Positions 11,741-25,944 of a DNA stretch of 64,000 nt are shown here, piece after piece. Position 1 is the stretch's first letter; each line of letters begins with the position of its first letter. The stretch lies in assembly GCA_951406725.2 (NCBI GenBank), contig OX597827.1:54560001-54624000 (forward strand). Reading direction: 5' to 3'. This DNA comes from Octopus vulgaris. Taxonomy: Eukaryota. The notes under the pieces are model-generated. The model did no database searches. It was given only the letters and a program-made list of their open reading frames with translations, and had not been told where the DNA came from. Position numbers and translations under genes: made by a program.

Positions 11741-11790
11741 GGTGGTGGTGGTGGTGGTGGTAGTGGTGGTGGTGATGATGATGATGATGA
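11330..11790. repeat. Compound (GAT)n/(GGT)n trinucleotide repeat
   Basis: Direct reading; continues straight from the RTE tail. Confidence 0.97.
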
Positions 11791-12269
11791 TTGGTCAAGC
11801 AACAGAAATACACATTGTAAAAACCACCACATGATCTATTTACATCATGTGCATGAACCTTAATTGCAAGTGCAACATCAAATTTCCAGAACTTTTCATT
11901 AAAAAACCCTTCCGAATTATTGGTTTTTTCCAAGCCAAAGATGGTCACTAAATTAAACAGATATTAAATTTACTTCACTAACCAAATGAAATATATTAGT
12001 ATAAATGATATAAGTTTATAAATACTGTACTATGCAAGGTACCAGTACACTTTTCTGACAGCTGTGGGGATTTGAAGTTCCTGCTTGTAAATTATTGCAG
12101 ATTATTAGAGGTTCCAGACCATCAGGATTTGGAAAAGTTAGCATTGTACCTGTGTAGAATGCACACTTGCAAGGAAATATGTGAAATGTGTTATATGTGC
12201 ATTATTATTTAAATAGCTAACTCTACCATATTGGAATGGCCATACTGACATACAAAGAAAAAGCAGCAA

Positions 12270-13660
<1,391 letters not shown>

Positions 13661-13869
13661 CATGCCATCAGTTCTTCAGCTGGTAATTAGAAATTGAAAT
13701 TTCTCATGCAGATTAATTAGTTAACGTTTTGCTTCCTATTTTTCTTCATTGTTATGAATACATTTCTATGTAACCCTATTTCTGTGCAATTCAGAGTTTT
13801 GTTATGTCATATTGTAATGCTTCCACTTTTTTTCATGATGACTTAAGGGAAAATTAAAGAAATGATAAT

Positions 13870-13925
13870 TATGATGATGGTGGTAATAGTGCTGGTGGTG
13901 CTGGTGGCAATGGTGCTGGTGCTGG

Positions 13926-13999
<74 letters not shown>

Positions 14000-14080
14000 A
14001 TGATGATGATGATGATGTGAAGGAAGAGGAGGGGGAAGAGGAAGTTGGCGATGATGGTGATAGTAATAATAATAATAATA
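13870..14080. repeat. (GGT)/(GAT)/(AAT) trinucleotide repeats
   Basis: Direct reading. Confidence 0.92.
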
Positions 14081-14330
14081 CTAACAAGAGCACTCAGAGA
14101 GCGCAAACCTCCGCCACGGCAACACCAAAGTCCTCTCATACATATGTATGTACATATATATATGCGCACACACACACACACACGCACACACACACATGAA
14201 TACATACATGTGCATGTATATACATATACACACATACATACACACACATATATGAATACATATACATGTGTATGTACATACACACATGCACATACTCATA
14301 CACATACTCATACACACATGTTTACATATA

Positions 14331-14501
14331 GGCGAAGGAGTGGCTGTGTGGTAAGCAGCTTGCTTACGAACCACATGGTTCCAGGTTCAGTCCTACTGCG
14401 GGGCACCTTGGGCAAGTGTCTTCTACTATAGCCTCGGGCCGACCAAAGCCTTGTGAGTGAATTTGGTAGATGGAAACTGAAAGAAGCCCATTGTATATAT
14501 G

Positions 14502-14567
<66 letters not shown>

Positions 14568-14813
14568 TGTGTATGTGTGTGTGTATATGTTTGTGTGTTT
14601 GTGTGTCTGTGTTTGCCCCCAACATCGCTTGACAACCAATGCTGGTGTGTTTACATCCCTGTAACTTAGTGGTTCAGCAAAAGCAACCGATAGAATAAAT
14701 ACTAGGCTTACAAAGAATAAGTCCTGCGGTCGATTTGTTCGACTAAAGGTGGTGCTCCAGCATGGCCACAGTCAAATGACTGAATCAAGTAAAAGAGTAA
14801 AGAGAGTAAAGAG
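14331..14813 (+). mobile_element. tRNA-derived SINE family A, full length, with internal microsatellite
   Basis: A box TGGCTGTGTGG, B box GGTTCAGTCC, body gcaccttgggcaagtg, internal (TA)/(TG)n, tail ggtgctccagcatggcc...gactgaa. More than 15 related copies in the window. Confidence 0.88.
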
Positions 14814-14889
14814 TATATACATGTGTATGTTTACTTGCAGATATTAGTTCATCAGTTAGTTAGTTAGTTAGTTAGTTCATTACTTAGTT

Positions 14890-15490
14890 AGTTCTCTCGG
14901 TGTCATGAGGCATATAACCCTACAATATGTTCTCCTCAACCAGCTCTGTATTCTGCCACTTTCCTAGTCTCACTCAAGCTTCTCCATCCTTCTAGTCTCC
15001 TTTCCTTATCAATGGTCCTTTGCCATGTGGTTTTAGGGTGCTCTGCTGTTACGACTGTAGTGCCACCATACAATCACTTTCTCAATCTTGTCTGAGGACT
15101 TGTCCCATCCAGTTCTAGCTTCTGTCTTATTTTATCACTGATTCTGTTGATTGCCTGTTGTTACCTAAATTGTTAGTTTGTTAGTTATCTCCATGTCATG
15201 AGGTAAATAAGGCTGTAACATGGTCTCTCCAACCATCTCTGTTTTCTGCCACTGTTCTGGTCTCATTCCAGCTTCTCCACTCTTCACATCTCTTTTCCTT
15301 ATCAATGGTCCTTCACCATGTAGTTTTAGAGCACCCTGCTGCTCTTTTCTCCTCAAGCTACCACCTTAGTACCACCATACGGTTGCTTTCTCAGCCCTGT
15401 CTGAGAACATGTCTAATCCAGTTCCAGAGTCTACATTTCATTTCATCTTTGATCCTGTTGATGCCCATTGTCATCTCAATCATGTCATTT
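14890..15490 (-). mobile_element. Two tandem decayed 3' fragments of a second RTE-type LINE
   Basis: Minus translation CRLWNWIRHVLRQ (typical RWxWIGHVLR). Segment ttccttatcaatggtcc occurs at about 15002 and 15295. Confidence 0.6.
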
Positions 15491-15496
15491 TGGACT

Positions 15497-15778
15497 CTTT
15501 TATTTGTTTCAGTGATGTGACTGTGGACATGCTGGAGCACCACCTTTAGTCGAGCAAATCGACAAACACAGACACACAAACATATACACATACATATATA
15601 CATATATATACATATATACGATGGGCTTCTTTCAGTTTCCGGCTACCAAATCCACTCACAAGGCTTTGGTTGGCCCGAGGCTATAGTAGAAGACACTTGC
15701 CCAAGGTGCCACACAGTGGGACTGTACCCGGAACCATGTGGTTGGTAAGCAAGCTACTTACCACACAGCCACTCCTAC
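15497..15778 (-). mobile_element. SINE family A, internally deleted
   Basis: Reverse complement of the 14331 copy, with head and tail present. Confidence 0.85.
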
Positions 15779-15797
15779 ACCTAAATAAAAACGTAAC

Positions 15798-15879
15798 CAA
15801 TGAGGACGAAATTCGAACTCACACAGGGAGACCCCAATGGATTAGCAGTCCATTGCCTTAACTACTCAGCCACCTCGTT
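15798..15879 (-). tRNA. tRNA-Ser(GCT), probably a pseudogene
   Basis: Minus strand AACGAGGTGGCTGAGTAGTTAAGGCAATGGACTGCTAATCCATTGGGGTCTCCCTGTGTGAGTTCGAATTTCGTCCTCATTG (82 nt) aligns with animal tRNA-Ser(GCT): long variable arm, GCT anticodon, T5 terminator just downstream. Acceptor-stem mismatch, D-loop GG changed to AG, weak T stem. Confidence 0.85.
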
Positions 15880-16683
15880 TTCTTTGCAAACACACATATT
15901 TGTACAGAAATAATTTCAAAAGTATCATAAAATACACATTAATTAAAACAAGATATAGTTTAAAGAATACAAAACAGGAAAGATTACAAGTTAGGTTGAG
16001 CTGGGCACTCCACGACCCTGTTCACTTAACCACTTTTCAAACTGTATTCAAATTCAGGGAGTGCTCTATTACACATTTTTTTTTAGGTACTTCAGGTGTA
16101 CATACAAGTGTATTCCTAGATGTTTTGTGACTCTTCTTATGACTTATACATATGAGTCAAAGTGGTCAATAAAGAAAGGATTATTATTACAATTATTGTT
16201 GTTGTAACTGTTATTGTTATGTTTTGAGGTAGTCAAATGTGTTTTCATTTTGCTCTTCCACGTCACAAATTTTTACCCAGTAAAACTACATAAAAGAACA
16301 TTTGTCATGCAGGACTTTTAAATACAAAGGTAGGAATTTAATTCTTTTACATTTGTGTTTCCTTGTGAGAGAAAAAAACACTTTAATTTGTAAAGGAAAG
16401 CATTTTCTATTCTGTTAGTTGTACACAAACAAAATAGCTATAACATTTAAAAAAAAAACATCCTTTTTCCCTCAGAAACATTATAATGTAAACAAACATA
16501 CTTTTACAGATAGTGCAGATAAAAATAAAGGAAAAACAGAAAACAAATTCAATCCTTCAATTGAATACATTAATTTTGCAGCGAGAAGTAAATAATGTTT
16601 TTCTGACAGATGGTAAAAAAATCCCTATTTTGAACAATTTAAGTTAAATGCTTAATGATAAGAACAACAACAGCCACAACACA

Positions 16684-16724
<41 letters not shown>

Positions 16725-16954
16725 ATATGCCATATCAATTGAAGAAATGAATAGAGAGTTCAAACTGGGTAGAGAGAAAATGTTTCCAGCTTTCATTCTT
16801 TTGCAGACAGATCGTCAAACAGGTAGGTCCTGGATATAAAATACTTAGCTGGGGAAAAAAACCCTGCTTTGCAGAGCTGTGTAACTAAGGAACGAACATC
16901 TATATCTTAGGTTCTTATCAAACAGTAAGAAAAGTAGAAATCAAAAAATATATA

Positions 16955-17085
16955 TCAACAGTAACGGTAAAACTCATCTCTGTTGTGCAAGCTTTTCAAA
17001 TTCAGCCCAAAAGAATAACACCTAGCAGCCCTCGTATCACAGTTGCATAGAATAACATCTTTTCCATCAGTCAAGATAGATGCTC
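16955..17085 (-). CDS. Candidate terminal exon with secretory phospholipase A2 Asp-site motif
   Basis: ttcag acceptor with an upstream pyrimidine run, then GASILTDGKDVILCNCDTRAARCYSFGLNLKSLHNRDEFYRYC-stop. LCNCDTRAARC fits the PLA2 [LIVMA]-C-x-C-D-x5-C pattern. No His-site exon found. Confidence 0.3.
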
Positions 17086-17399
17086 CTGAACCATACGAAT
17101 AATATTCAAAAGCGAAAAAAAAAAGTAAAAAAAGATGGCTGAGCTGATTCATTACACACCTACTCAAAAACTTATGCTTTAATACTTAAGGCAGAGTAAC
17201 ACAAAGGTTACTGTAAAGGATTTTCAATCATTGATTCATTATTACTTTTGCAGTGTAGTTCAGGAAGTGGAAGGTGATGAAATAATCGAATGCTTGTTAA
17301 GTTGTGTTAACAACAAACAAGATGAGGACAAATATCCATCAAATGTAAATAATGTAAATAATGTACATAATTCCTCAACTCTCAAATATAGAACTGGAT

Positions 17400-17650
17400 G
17401 CACATATTGTCAGCTACTAAAGGACATGCTCAAGTGGTTAAGGTTAAGCAACAGACAGGTAAATTGAGCAGAATATTTGCTATAACGATACTTCTGCTTT
17501 AGCAACTCAGCACTGAATCTGTCTGAAATGTAATGAAAAATAGGTCAGTTTCAAAACATTGATGTCCAGGACACAAAAGCAAAGTTTGAAGGGAATCGTA
17601 GTCATTTCCTTTGATTTCTAGATAGAAGCAAATAGGAAATAACACTTACT
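17400..17650 (+). repeat. Unclassified interspersed repeat (second copy at about 31945-32200)
   Basis: About 250 bp shared, e.g. tagcaactcagcactgaatctgtctgaaatgtaatg ... gatttctagatagaagcaaata. Confidence 0.8.
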
Positions 17651-17757
17651 GACCAATGACAAAAAAAAAATTATAATTTTATTATACAGTATTACCTATA
17701 CAGTATACAAACCAGATTTTATTGGATATATTTTACTATGGCCAATACATGTGTACC

Positions 17758-17988
17758 TATTTCTTTACTGCCCACAAGGGGCTAAACACAGAGAAGACAA
17801 ACAAGGACAGACAAACGGATTAAATCGATTATATTGACCTCAGTGTGTAACTGGTACTTATTTAATCGACCCCGAAAGGATGAAAGGCAAAGTCGACCTC
17901 GGCGGAATTTGAACTCACAACGTAACAGCAAACGAAATACCACTAAGTATTTCGCCCAGCGTGCTAACGATTCTGCCAGCTCGCCACC
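17758..17988 (-). mobile_element. tRNA-derived SINE family B with TSD
   Basis: Head ggcgagctggcagaatcgttagc, B box gagttcaaattc, core gcctttcatcctttcggggtcga. Flanked by aatacatgt(g/a)tac. Confidence 0.88.
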
Positions 17989-19522
17989 TTAATACATGTA
18001 TACTTACCAATAAAATAACTGGTATTGCTATCATAGTAAAAGCAATCACATGACCTGAATATTCTCACCTAGAAACCTTTTAAGAATTTCTTTGAAATTC
18101 TCTCTACTCTTTTTGAACACCTGATAATGTGGATGAGTTCTACACCCATCAAACCAAGCATTGTGGAACTGAGCCAAACTGTTATTTAAAATGTGTGTGA
18201 TTGACTGACTGACAGATGTGTGTGTATGCATATACACATGGATATATGTGAGTGCTCAAAATAATCCAACTACCTTAAAATTATAGAGCTTCTTTAAAAT
18301 TAAATCAATGAAAGAAACTGGTATGTAATGAGATTATAGACCATTCTAGCAAAACAATATCATTCTAATGATAAATTAGATTTCTATTCAACTTTTTTTC
18401 TCTGGTTCTATCCCTTGGACAGCTTTACAAGTTTATAAGAAGGAAGTTATCTAAAAATTTCTTCGTATTTTCTTTCAACTGTCATAATCTACATTTTATA
18501 AACCTTATTAGTTTTCCTCTTAAAACTTTACAGTGTAAAGTTATTTTTATATGTTTTTTTTATTATTTAGAAAACAAGCTTGTAGAATTTAATTAATTCT
18601 TCTTTATTTAAATTAAAGTGATCATCATCATCATCATCATCATCACCATCATCATCATTTCGTTATAATGTCCACTTTTTCATGCTTGTACAGGTTGGAT
18701 AGAATTTTTTGAGGCAGATTTTCTATGGCTGGATACCCTTCCTGTCACCAACCCTTACCAGTTTCCTCATGACCAGATGCATCTTGGAAGATTGGACACT
18801 GCTTGCATACCAGTAACACTCACAACTGGCACGTCATGTCAAAGAAAGGGAACAATGACATGCACACAAACATGCACACACACATGCACACACACACACA
18901 CACACACGCACGCATGCACGCATGCTCCAAAGCCTTGTGAGTGGATTTGGTAGACAGAAAGTAAAAGAAACCCATTGTGTATGTGTGTGTGTGTGTGTGT
19001 GCATGTTTGTGTGTGTGTGTGTGTGTGTCTGTGCTTGTCCTCCACCACCATCACTTGACTATTGGTATTGGTGTGTTTATGTCACTGTCTCTTAGCGATT
19101 TGGCAAAAGAGACCAACAGAATAAGTACCAGGTTTTTAAGAAATAAATAAAAGTACTGGGGTTGACTTCTTCAATTAAAAATTCTTCAAGGTGGTGCCAC
19201 AGCATTGTCACAGTCTAATGGCTGAAACAAATAAAAGAATAAACACATACATACATGCATGCATAAATACATATACATAAACACACAACAGACTCTTTTC
19301 AGTTTCTGTCCACCAAATCCTCTCACAATGCTTTGGTCAGCCCAAGGCTAAAATAGAAGACAATTGCCCAAGGTGCCATGCAGTGGGACTAAACATGAAA
19401 CCATATGCTTGGGGAGCATACTTCTTACCACACAGCCACACCAGTGCATGAAACCACAACAGTGCCTAAGGACATATTTTTTTATAGTAATGTTTGTTTT
19501 TATGTATAATTATATATAAAAA

Positions 19523-19840
19523 TGTGGAGGTGCAATGGCCTGGTGGTTATGGCAGCGGACTCGCGGTTGGAGGAGCGCAGTTTCGATTCCCAGACCAAGC
19601 GTTGTGTGTGTTTATTGAGTGAAAACACATAATAGGTCCACGAGGCTCTGTCAGGAGGTGGTGGCGACCCCTGTTGTACTCTTTCACCCCAACTTTCTCT
19701 CACTCTTTCTTCCTGTTTCTTGGGTAATGCTGTGATGGACTGGCATCCCGTCCAGCTAGGGGGAAAACATACACCATAGAAACTGGGAAACCAGGCCCAT
19801 GAGCCTGGCTAGGCTTGAAATGGGCACATAAATAAATAAA
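19523..19840 (+). mobile_element. tRNA-derived SINE family C
   Basis: Head tggcctggtggtta...gtttcgattccc; gatggactggcatcccgtccag segment (V-SINE-like by recall); (TAAA)n tail. Confidence 0.75.
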
Positions 19841-20497
19841 TATATAAAAATAGTGAAACATTAAACTAAATGCTCACTCAATACTTTTCACTAGAGTAAC
19901 ATATTTTATTTTTACCAAGAAATATTTTGACAGTCGCCTCAAAGTTTTAGTTCATGTAACCTTCAACGGTCTGATGAAAACTACATAGCTGAAACTTTGA
20001 AGGAACTGTCAAAATTTTCCTGGTAATAATATCATAAATACGTTAGGGCAGATATTGTATTGTCCCCTCTGTATTTGGCCCTGCATGGCTAAGCAAGAAA
20101 GAAAGAAAGAAAGAAAGGAATCCATATGTCGCGGTGAGAGTCATTGACACTCCTGGAGATTGGAAGAATGGACTAGCTGAAACCTTATAAAGAGAAGAGG
20201 TCGGTAGTAGTCGAGGGAGAGCATTTTGGTAGTTTTTTTAAATATATTTTATAAACACATTGATTAAACCTCCTCTGCATAATTTATCTACACCAACCTG
20301 TCGCAGGATATAATAGTATCTATCTACCAATCTATCTAATAAATATATATACTCACCCACACACACACCCCACTTTACCTTGATCTCTTTGATAATAGGT
20401 TACTTGGATTATGTGCATTTGTTATGCATTAACATGATCCACTTGTTTAGGTATTCCAGAACAAGCTGTTATAGACTCTGCTTATCTACCATAACTA

Positions 20498-21480
20498 TTA
20501 GGTTGTCTCACATGAAACGTTGTATTTTAAATGGGTTTCTTATGAGTCATCTATAAATGGATTTTTAATGAGTTTCTACATATATGTTTAACTCTTAACT
20601 CTTAACTCTTTTTCTTTCTAGACAATACTATTATTCAAAATTGCTGCCCGCAGCTCTTAAGACAATGTTGACAACTGAACAATACTGAGTGATTTTCGTG
20701 TACGAAAACAAGTTAGGTCACTCTGCCACTGAAGCTCTATGGAGCATCAAGTGGACTTTTGGTAATGATTCTGTTGATATTAGAATTGTTCAGAGATGGT
20801 TCCAAAGGTCTTGTTCAGGAAATGAAAACCTAAAAATTGAACCAAGAAGGAGACCAAAATCAGTTATTTGGCAGGATGAATTGAATGCTTTGGTTAAACA
20901 AAATCCTAGAACAATGGTCTGATAAATCGGATCAGAGTTCCAGACATCACCCACAACTGCTTCTCGACACTTGAAGAAAATTGGAAAAGTCAAAAAGATG
21001 GATAGGTTTGTTCCCTATCAACTTAATGAGATTCAACGAAACAGACACCTTACAGTGTGTTCCATATTGATTTCTCAGTTGGAAAGAGAACTATTTTTGC
21101 ATCGACTCATTACATGTGATGAGAAATGGATACTCTTTGATAAGAGCAGGAGGACAAGACAGTGGTTAGATGCAGGAGAGTCACCAAAACACTACCCAAA
21201 ACCACCAATGCACACTAAAAAGTTGATGGTCACTGTATGGGGGTCAACAAAGGGGGTTATTCATTATTCATTTTTGCAACAAGGATAAACTGTAACAGCA
21301 ACATCCTCTTGTCAGGAAATTGATTGTATGCATGAAAAATTAAAAAAGAAGCAATCCAGAAAAGAGATGGCCCAATTTTACTTCATGATAATGTATGACC
21401 TCACACTTCTCAAGCTATGGTCCACAATTGCAAAGCCTGAATTATGAAATTTTAGCACATCATCCTTATTCTCCTTATTT
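20498..21480 (+). mobile_element. Mariner transposon with pseudogenised transposase, right end missing
   Basis: TA followed by TTAGGTTG terminus. ATG at 20665; VQRWF HTH region, FVPYQL (WVPHEL motif), ITCDEKW, LLHDN, HPYSP; in-frame stops. Confidence 0.92.
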
Positions 21481-21769
21481 TCATGTGACTAAAACTTTTG
21501 TCTTTGATAGGTTTACTTTAAGACCTTTTGATTTTAGGTTTTACTTCCCCATTTGAAACATCTCCGCTAATTCTTTGAGAGATTCAACTACAAGAACCTG
21601 AACATCAGCACACAGTTCTCATGGATAGCCTGCCTTAAACTCATCTGTTATAGCCTGAAGAACTATACTATGCTAAAGAGGGTTGAGAACTGAGCACTGA
21701 CAGACTTTAATCTGCACATTAAATTCATGGCTGAACATATTTCTAATTCTTACCTTGATGGTGGCATCC

Positions 21770-22125
21770 CTGGTTCCATCCTGATGGCTTGATTAACTCT
21801 CTCAAACTATTCCTCTACACTTAGTTTTCTTAGTAACCACCTGACTATGAAGAATGGCATGCTATCAAAGGCCTTCTGCAGATTAACAAATGCTAAATAT
21901 AGTGTCTTGCTCTTTGCTAACAATTTTTTTTGTAGTTGTCTCACTAGGAAGAGGACATTTGGGTACACCAGGCTGTCACAAACCTGAACTGTATCTCATC
22001 TAATTTTCTCCCTAATCATTTTTGCTATCCTCTTTTTGTTAATTTCATAACTTTGGCCATCAATTTGATGTCTCTGTAATTTTTCGTTCTTAGACCATCT
22101 CCTCTGCACTTGTAGGCAGTTCATA
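21770..22125 (-). pseudogene. RTE reverse-transcriptase fragment
   Basis: Minus translation IKLMAKVMK..IQFRFV..LYLAFVNLQKAFD..WLLRKL. Confidence 0.75.
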
Positions 22126-22175
22126 ATTAATAGCTAAGACCACTATTCAAACACATTAATAAACTATTGCAATAT

Positions 22176-22590
22176 AGGCACAGGAGTGGCTGTGGGGTAA
22201 GTAGCTTGTTTACCAACCTCATGGTTCCAGGTTCAGTCCCACTGCGTGGCACCTCGGGCAAGTGTCTTCTACTATAGCCTTGGGCTGACCACAGCCTTGT
22301 GAGTGGATTTGGTAGACGGAAACTGAAAGATGCCCGTCGTATGTATGTATATATATATATATATGTATGTGTGCGTGTATGTTTGTCTGTCTGTCTTTGT
22401 CCCCCTAGCATTGTTTGACAACTGATACTGGTGTGTTTATGTCCCCGTCACTTAGCGGTTTGGCAAAAGAGACCGATAGAATAAGTACTGGGCTTACAAA
22501 GAATAAGTCCCGGAGTCGAGTTGCTCGACTAAAGGTGGTGCTCCAGCACGGCCGCAGTCAAATGACTGAAACAAATAAAAGAGTAAAGAG
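22176..22590 (+). mobile_element. SINE family A, full length
   Basis: Same head, body and tail as the 14331 copy. Confidence 0.88.
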
Positions 22591-24843
22591 AGAGATAACC
22601 TTTTCCTGGTTCTCTTTTAATTACCTTTTTAGTAAATCTTGTTATTCTTATGAGAAATTAAACTTGCATTGCAATTTCCACTTGCCAAGGTGTAAGCACA
22701 GTTCCAGTATGATCATTATATTCTTACCAATATGGTCACTATATTCTTATATAGCAACATGAAATTTTCAGATTTTCAAAAATTATGATGTTTATAAGTT
22801 GTTTTTATTTCTCATTGAATTTTAGGATATATTTCATATGCACTATTGCCACACATCATATCTGTTTGCCTGTGTGAATACGTTTGCGTGTGTGTGTGTG
22901 TGTGTGTGCGCAAGGGAGAGAAAGAGAGAGGCAGAGTGTGAGTCTTATAAAATGCCCTCAATCAAATAAATGACAGTTTATTACTGTGTACTTTACAGAG
23001 ACGTTCCTTCTTGATAATGATTCATAGATTTCAAGACAGAATTACTGACTTCTGAATGAATTACAAATTTAAGAAACCTCGATAATGTTGTAATAACAGA
23101 ACTCATAGGGAATACCATAAAATTTCTCATGTTACTTATTAAACAGTAATGTTCCCATTCTCAGATTCATTAATAAAGTAAAGGAGTAACAAGAACTGAG
23201 TTATGAACTTAATTCATCAAATACTTACCACTATCTCCAATGGTGCCCAACACTTTGATGTATAAAACAAACAAATGCTTGAAATTAGCTTTTTCAAGGA
23301 ATACTTCCTCATTTCCTCCATTTTCCTTCAAAATTTTTGAATCTGATATTTCACACCAGTATCGTTCCCAATTAATCATTCTTTATGCAGAAAAAGAAAG
23401 ACCTTTAAAATTTGCATTCACATTAAATACATTAATGCAAAAATTCTGGTTTTAATTAAAAAAGAGAAGTATCAATTTTTTTCTCTGTTTATATGATATT
23501 CTCAATCTTTCTTCCTCTATTTTCACTGGAATTTCAAGTAGACTTTGTGTAAATTAGAATTAATTTGTTTTTCTAATTGCTTTGACCCTTTTCTGTTAAA
23601 ACTAAAAAGTTCAGCTCCTTTTTGCGTATCTTTTTTCTGTAATTTTTTTTATTGCATAATCCAGGAGTGATATATTTCCTTCCTGAGTCAAGAGTTAGAT
23701 TCCCATCATATATTTTATCACTTGAACTTTACTCAGAACATTCTCACTAAATAAATAGTTAAATTCTCATATCATATCGTTTCTGATATCAGGAATTTTA
23801 ATCATACAAAAATCCACTTATAACATTTACAAATTCCAAATTTAGAAAAACTTCTATTACTTTAGAAAAATTTCTTTGACATTGAGAAGAAAAAGAAGAA
23901 ATAAGAAAAAAAGAGGATATTTCTATCAGGTTTCTATTTTATTTTACATTATTAATACAGAACAAAATGAATGTTTTAATAAATTCCATCTTCAAAATTA
24001 TTTTAAGCTAAATCATATCAACAACCTCTTAAATATAGAATCACTGATTTTAGCACATTCAACAAAATTCTTACACTCTGGCAGATTACAGTTTGGATGA
24101 GATCTGCTGTGTTTATTTTCCCTTACAGACATTTTGTTCTGATAATTCTTTCACAAACATTGAAACTTAAGTACTGGCTAACCCATTGAAATGAAATACA
24201 CATACTTAACAAATGAGAGTGTCATCAAGTTCATTCTCAATACTTTTCCGTTACATATCTTCTTATATATTCAGTTATTTATTTTTGTTCCTAGTTTACT
24301 TCAATATTATTGAAGAACTTATTACCAGTATGTTTAAATTAGTGACACTACTATATAAAAGAAGGAACAAAATCTCTCCCTTCTTACAAAATTTATTGCT
24401 TAATTATCAGGTGTAGTATTGATTCCATCATAAATCATATTCAAAAAGTTTTGTCTTTCAGTACATTTCCATTAAAATGTCATCGCAGAACAAACTAAAT
24501 ATTGTCAATAAAAAATATTTCAAATCACACTTGATAATAAATGAGCCTATTTATTTTACTATTTTGAGAATTTTAGATGTTAAAAGATGAGTTACAAATA
24601 CAATTCTATGATAAATTAAAAGTTGATAGGATACATTTCAGTATCTAAAATTTTTCCATATGGAAGTCAGTTTTAATTAAAGGTTAGTAATGAATGTTAC
24701 CATCTACTTGATAATTCTGTCATTTGTTAAATCTGAAACTTTGTAGAAACCCATTGAGGAATGATTCCAAATGATTGTCCTTAAAGAAATTAGTCGACAC
24801 CATTCAAAATACCCTCCTATACATCAGAATTGTAGATATAATA

Positions 24844-25419
24844 TTAATCCTTTAGCTTTTAAACTGGCCATATCCAGCCCAAATATTCTACCTGTTTTAT
24901 GTACAAACTTTTCAGATCAGGTATCTCACACCTACCCAACAATGTCATTCTAAAAATATGCAATGACATTACTGAAATCTCAAAGCTACAAAATAATGTG
25001 AATAAAAACATTATTCTGACAGAGTAGTCTGAATGCTAAATAGATAAAACGTGGCTTTTCTTTCATTTCTTAGAGTGCAATGAAAGATATATAGTAAACC
25101 ATTTGCCATATTTGATGGCAGAAAAGATGATAGGGCATATTAGACACACTCTAATTTCAGCAGTACAGATTCAGGAAAATAGTTTTTAATGCATTAACTT
25201 CTTAGTATTCAGATTATTTTGTCAAATGTAATGCTTATTCATTCACATTTTCAATTAATCATGTATTATCTTGTAGCTTTGAGATTTCAGTGATGTGATT
25301 GTTTATGTCTTGTGTGACATTGTTGGGTAGATGTGAGAGGCCAGATCTGGTCAGTTTGGACATAAAACAGGTAGAAAATTTAGGGCCGGATCTGGTCGAT
25401 TTAAATGCTTATGAGTTAA
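24844..25419. mobile_element. Two oppositely oriented TTAA/CCCTTT-type (piggyBac-like) MITEs
   Basis: 24844-25046 and 25194-25419 are reverse-complement relatives. Other family copies at 37781, 40788, 55358 and 59732. Confidence 0.7.
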
Positions 25420-25944
25420 AGCATGTAATGAAGGCCCAACTTTGCAAAAAGGACCTAGCTTTTTTCTTAAGGTACAATCACATGAAGTATAATAAAAACA
25501 AACTGACCTTTAGGTATTAGAAGCTACAAGTATCTCACTCCTTTTAGGTGTAATAATGTGAATGAAAATGTTTTTTGAAAGCCTTTGCTTCATACAGTAT
25601 ATAGAGGTAAAAATCAGTTTGCCACAGTTTATTTTTCTCCTAGCGTTTGAGCTGCTACAATGAGTAAATGACATGAAATTAATTAAACAGGAATCAAACA
25701 TACCTTGAAGACTCCATTTACCCAATGCTGACTACCATTCAGTATGTTGCAATGTTTATGCATTACTAAATTTCAGAGAACATGCCAATGGATACTAAGT
25801 ACAATAACGAGCCAATGAAGGAATTTCTGCATGATAGCTCAATCAGTTAGAAATAACAGCCAAATTTCCTTTAAATCCCACCCAACTGTTACACTGGATA
25901 ATGAAGTCCTAGATGCAGTAAAGTCTAATAAAAGATAGTATAAA

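Noticed and set aside
11269-11948. Poly-His/Pro/Gly/Asp ORFs
   Set aside because: A trinucleotide repeat open in most frames, arising from an RTE tail.
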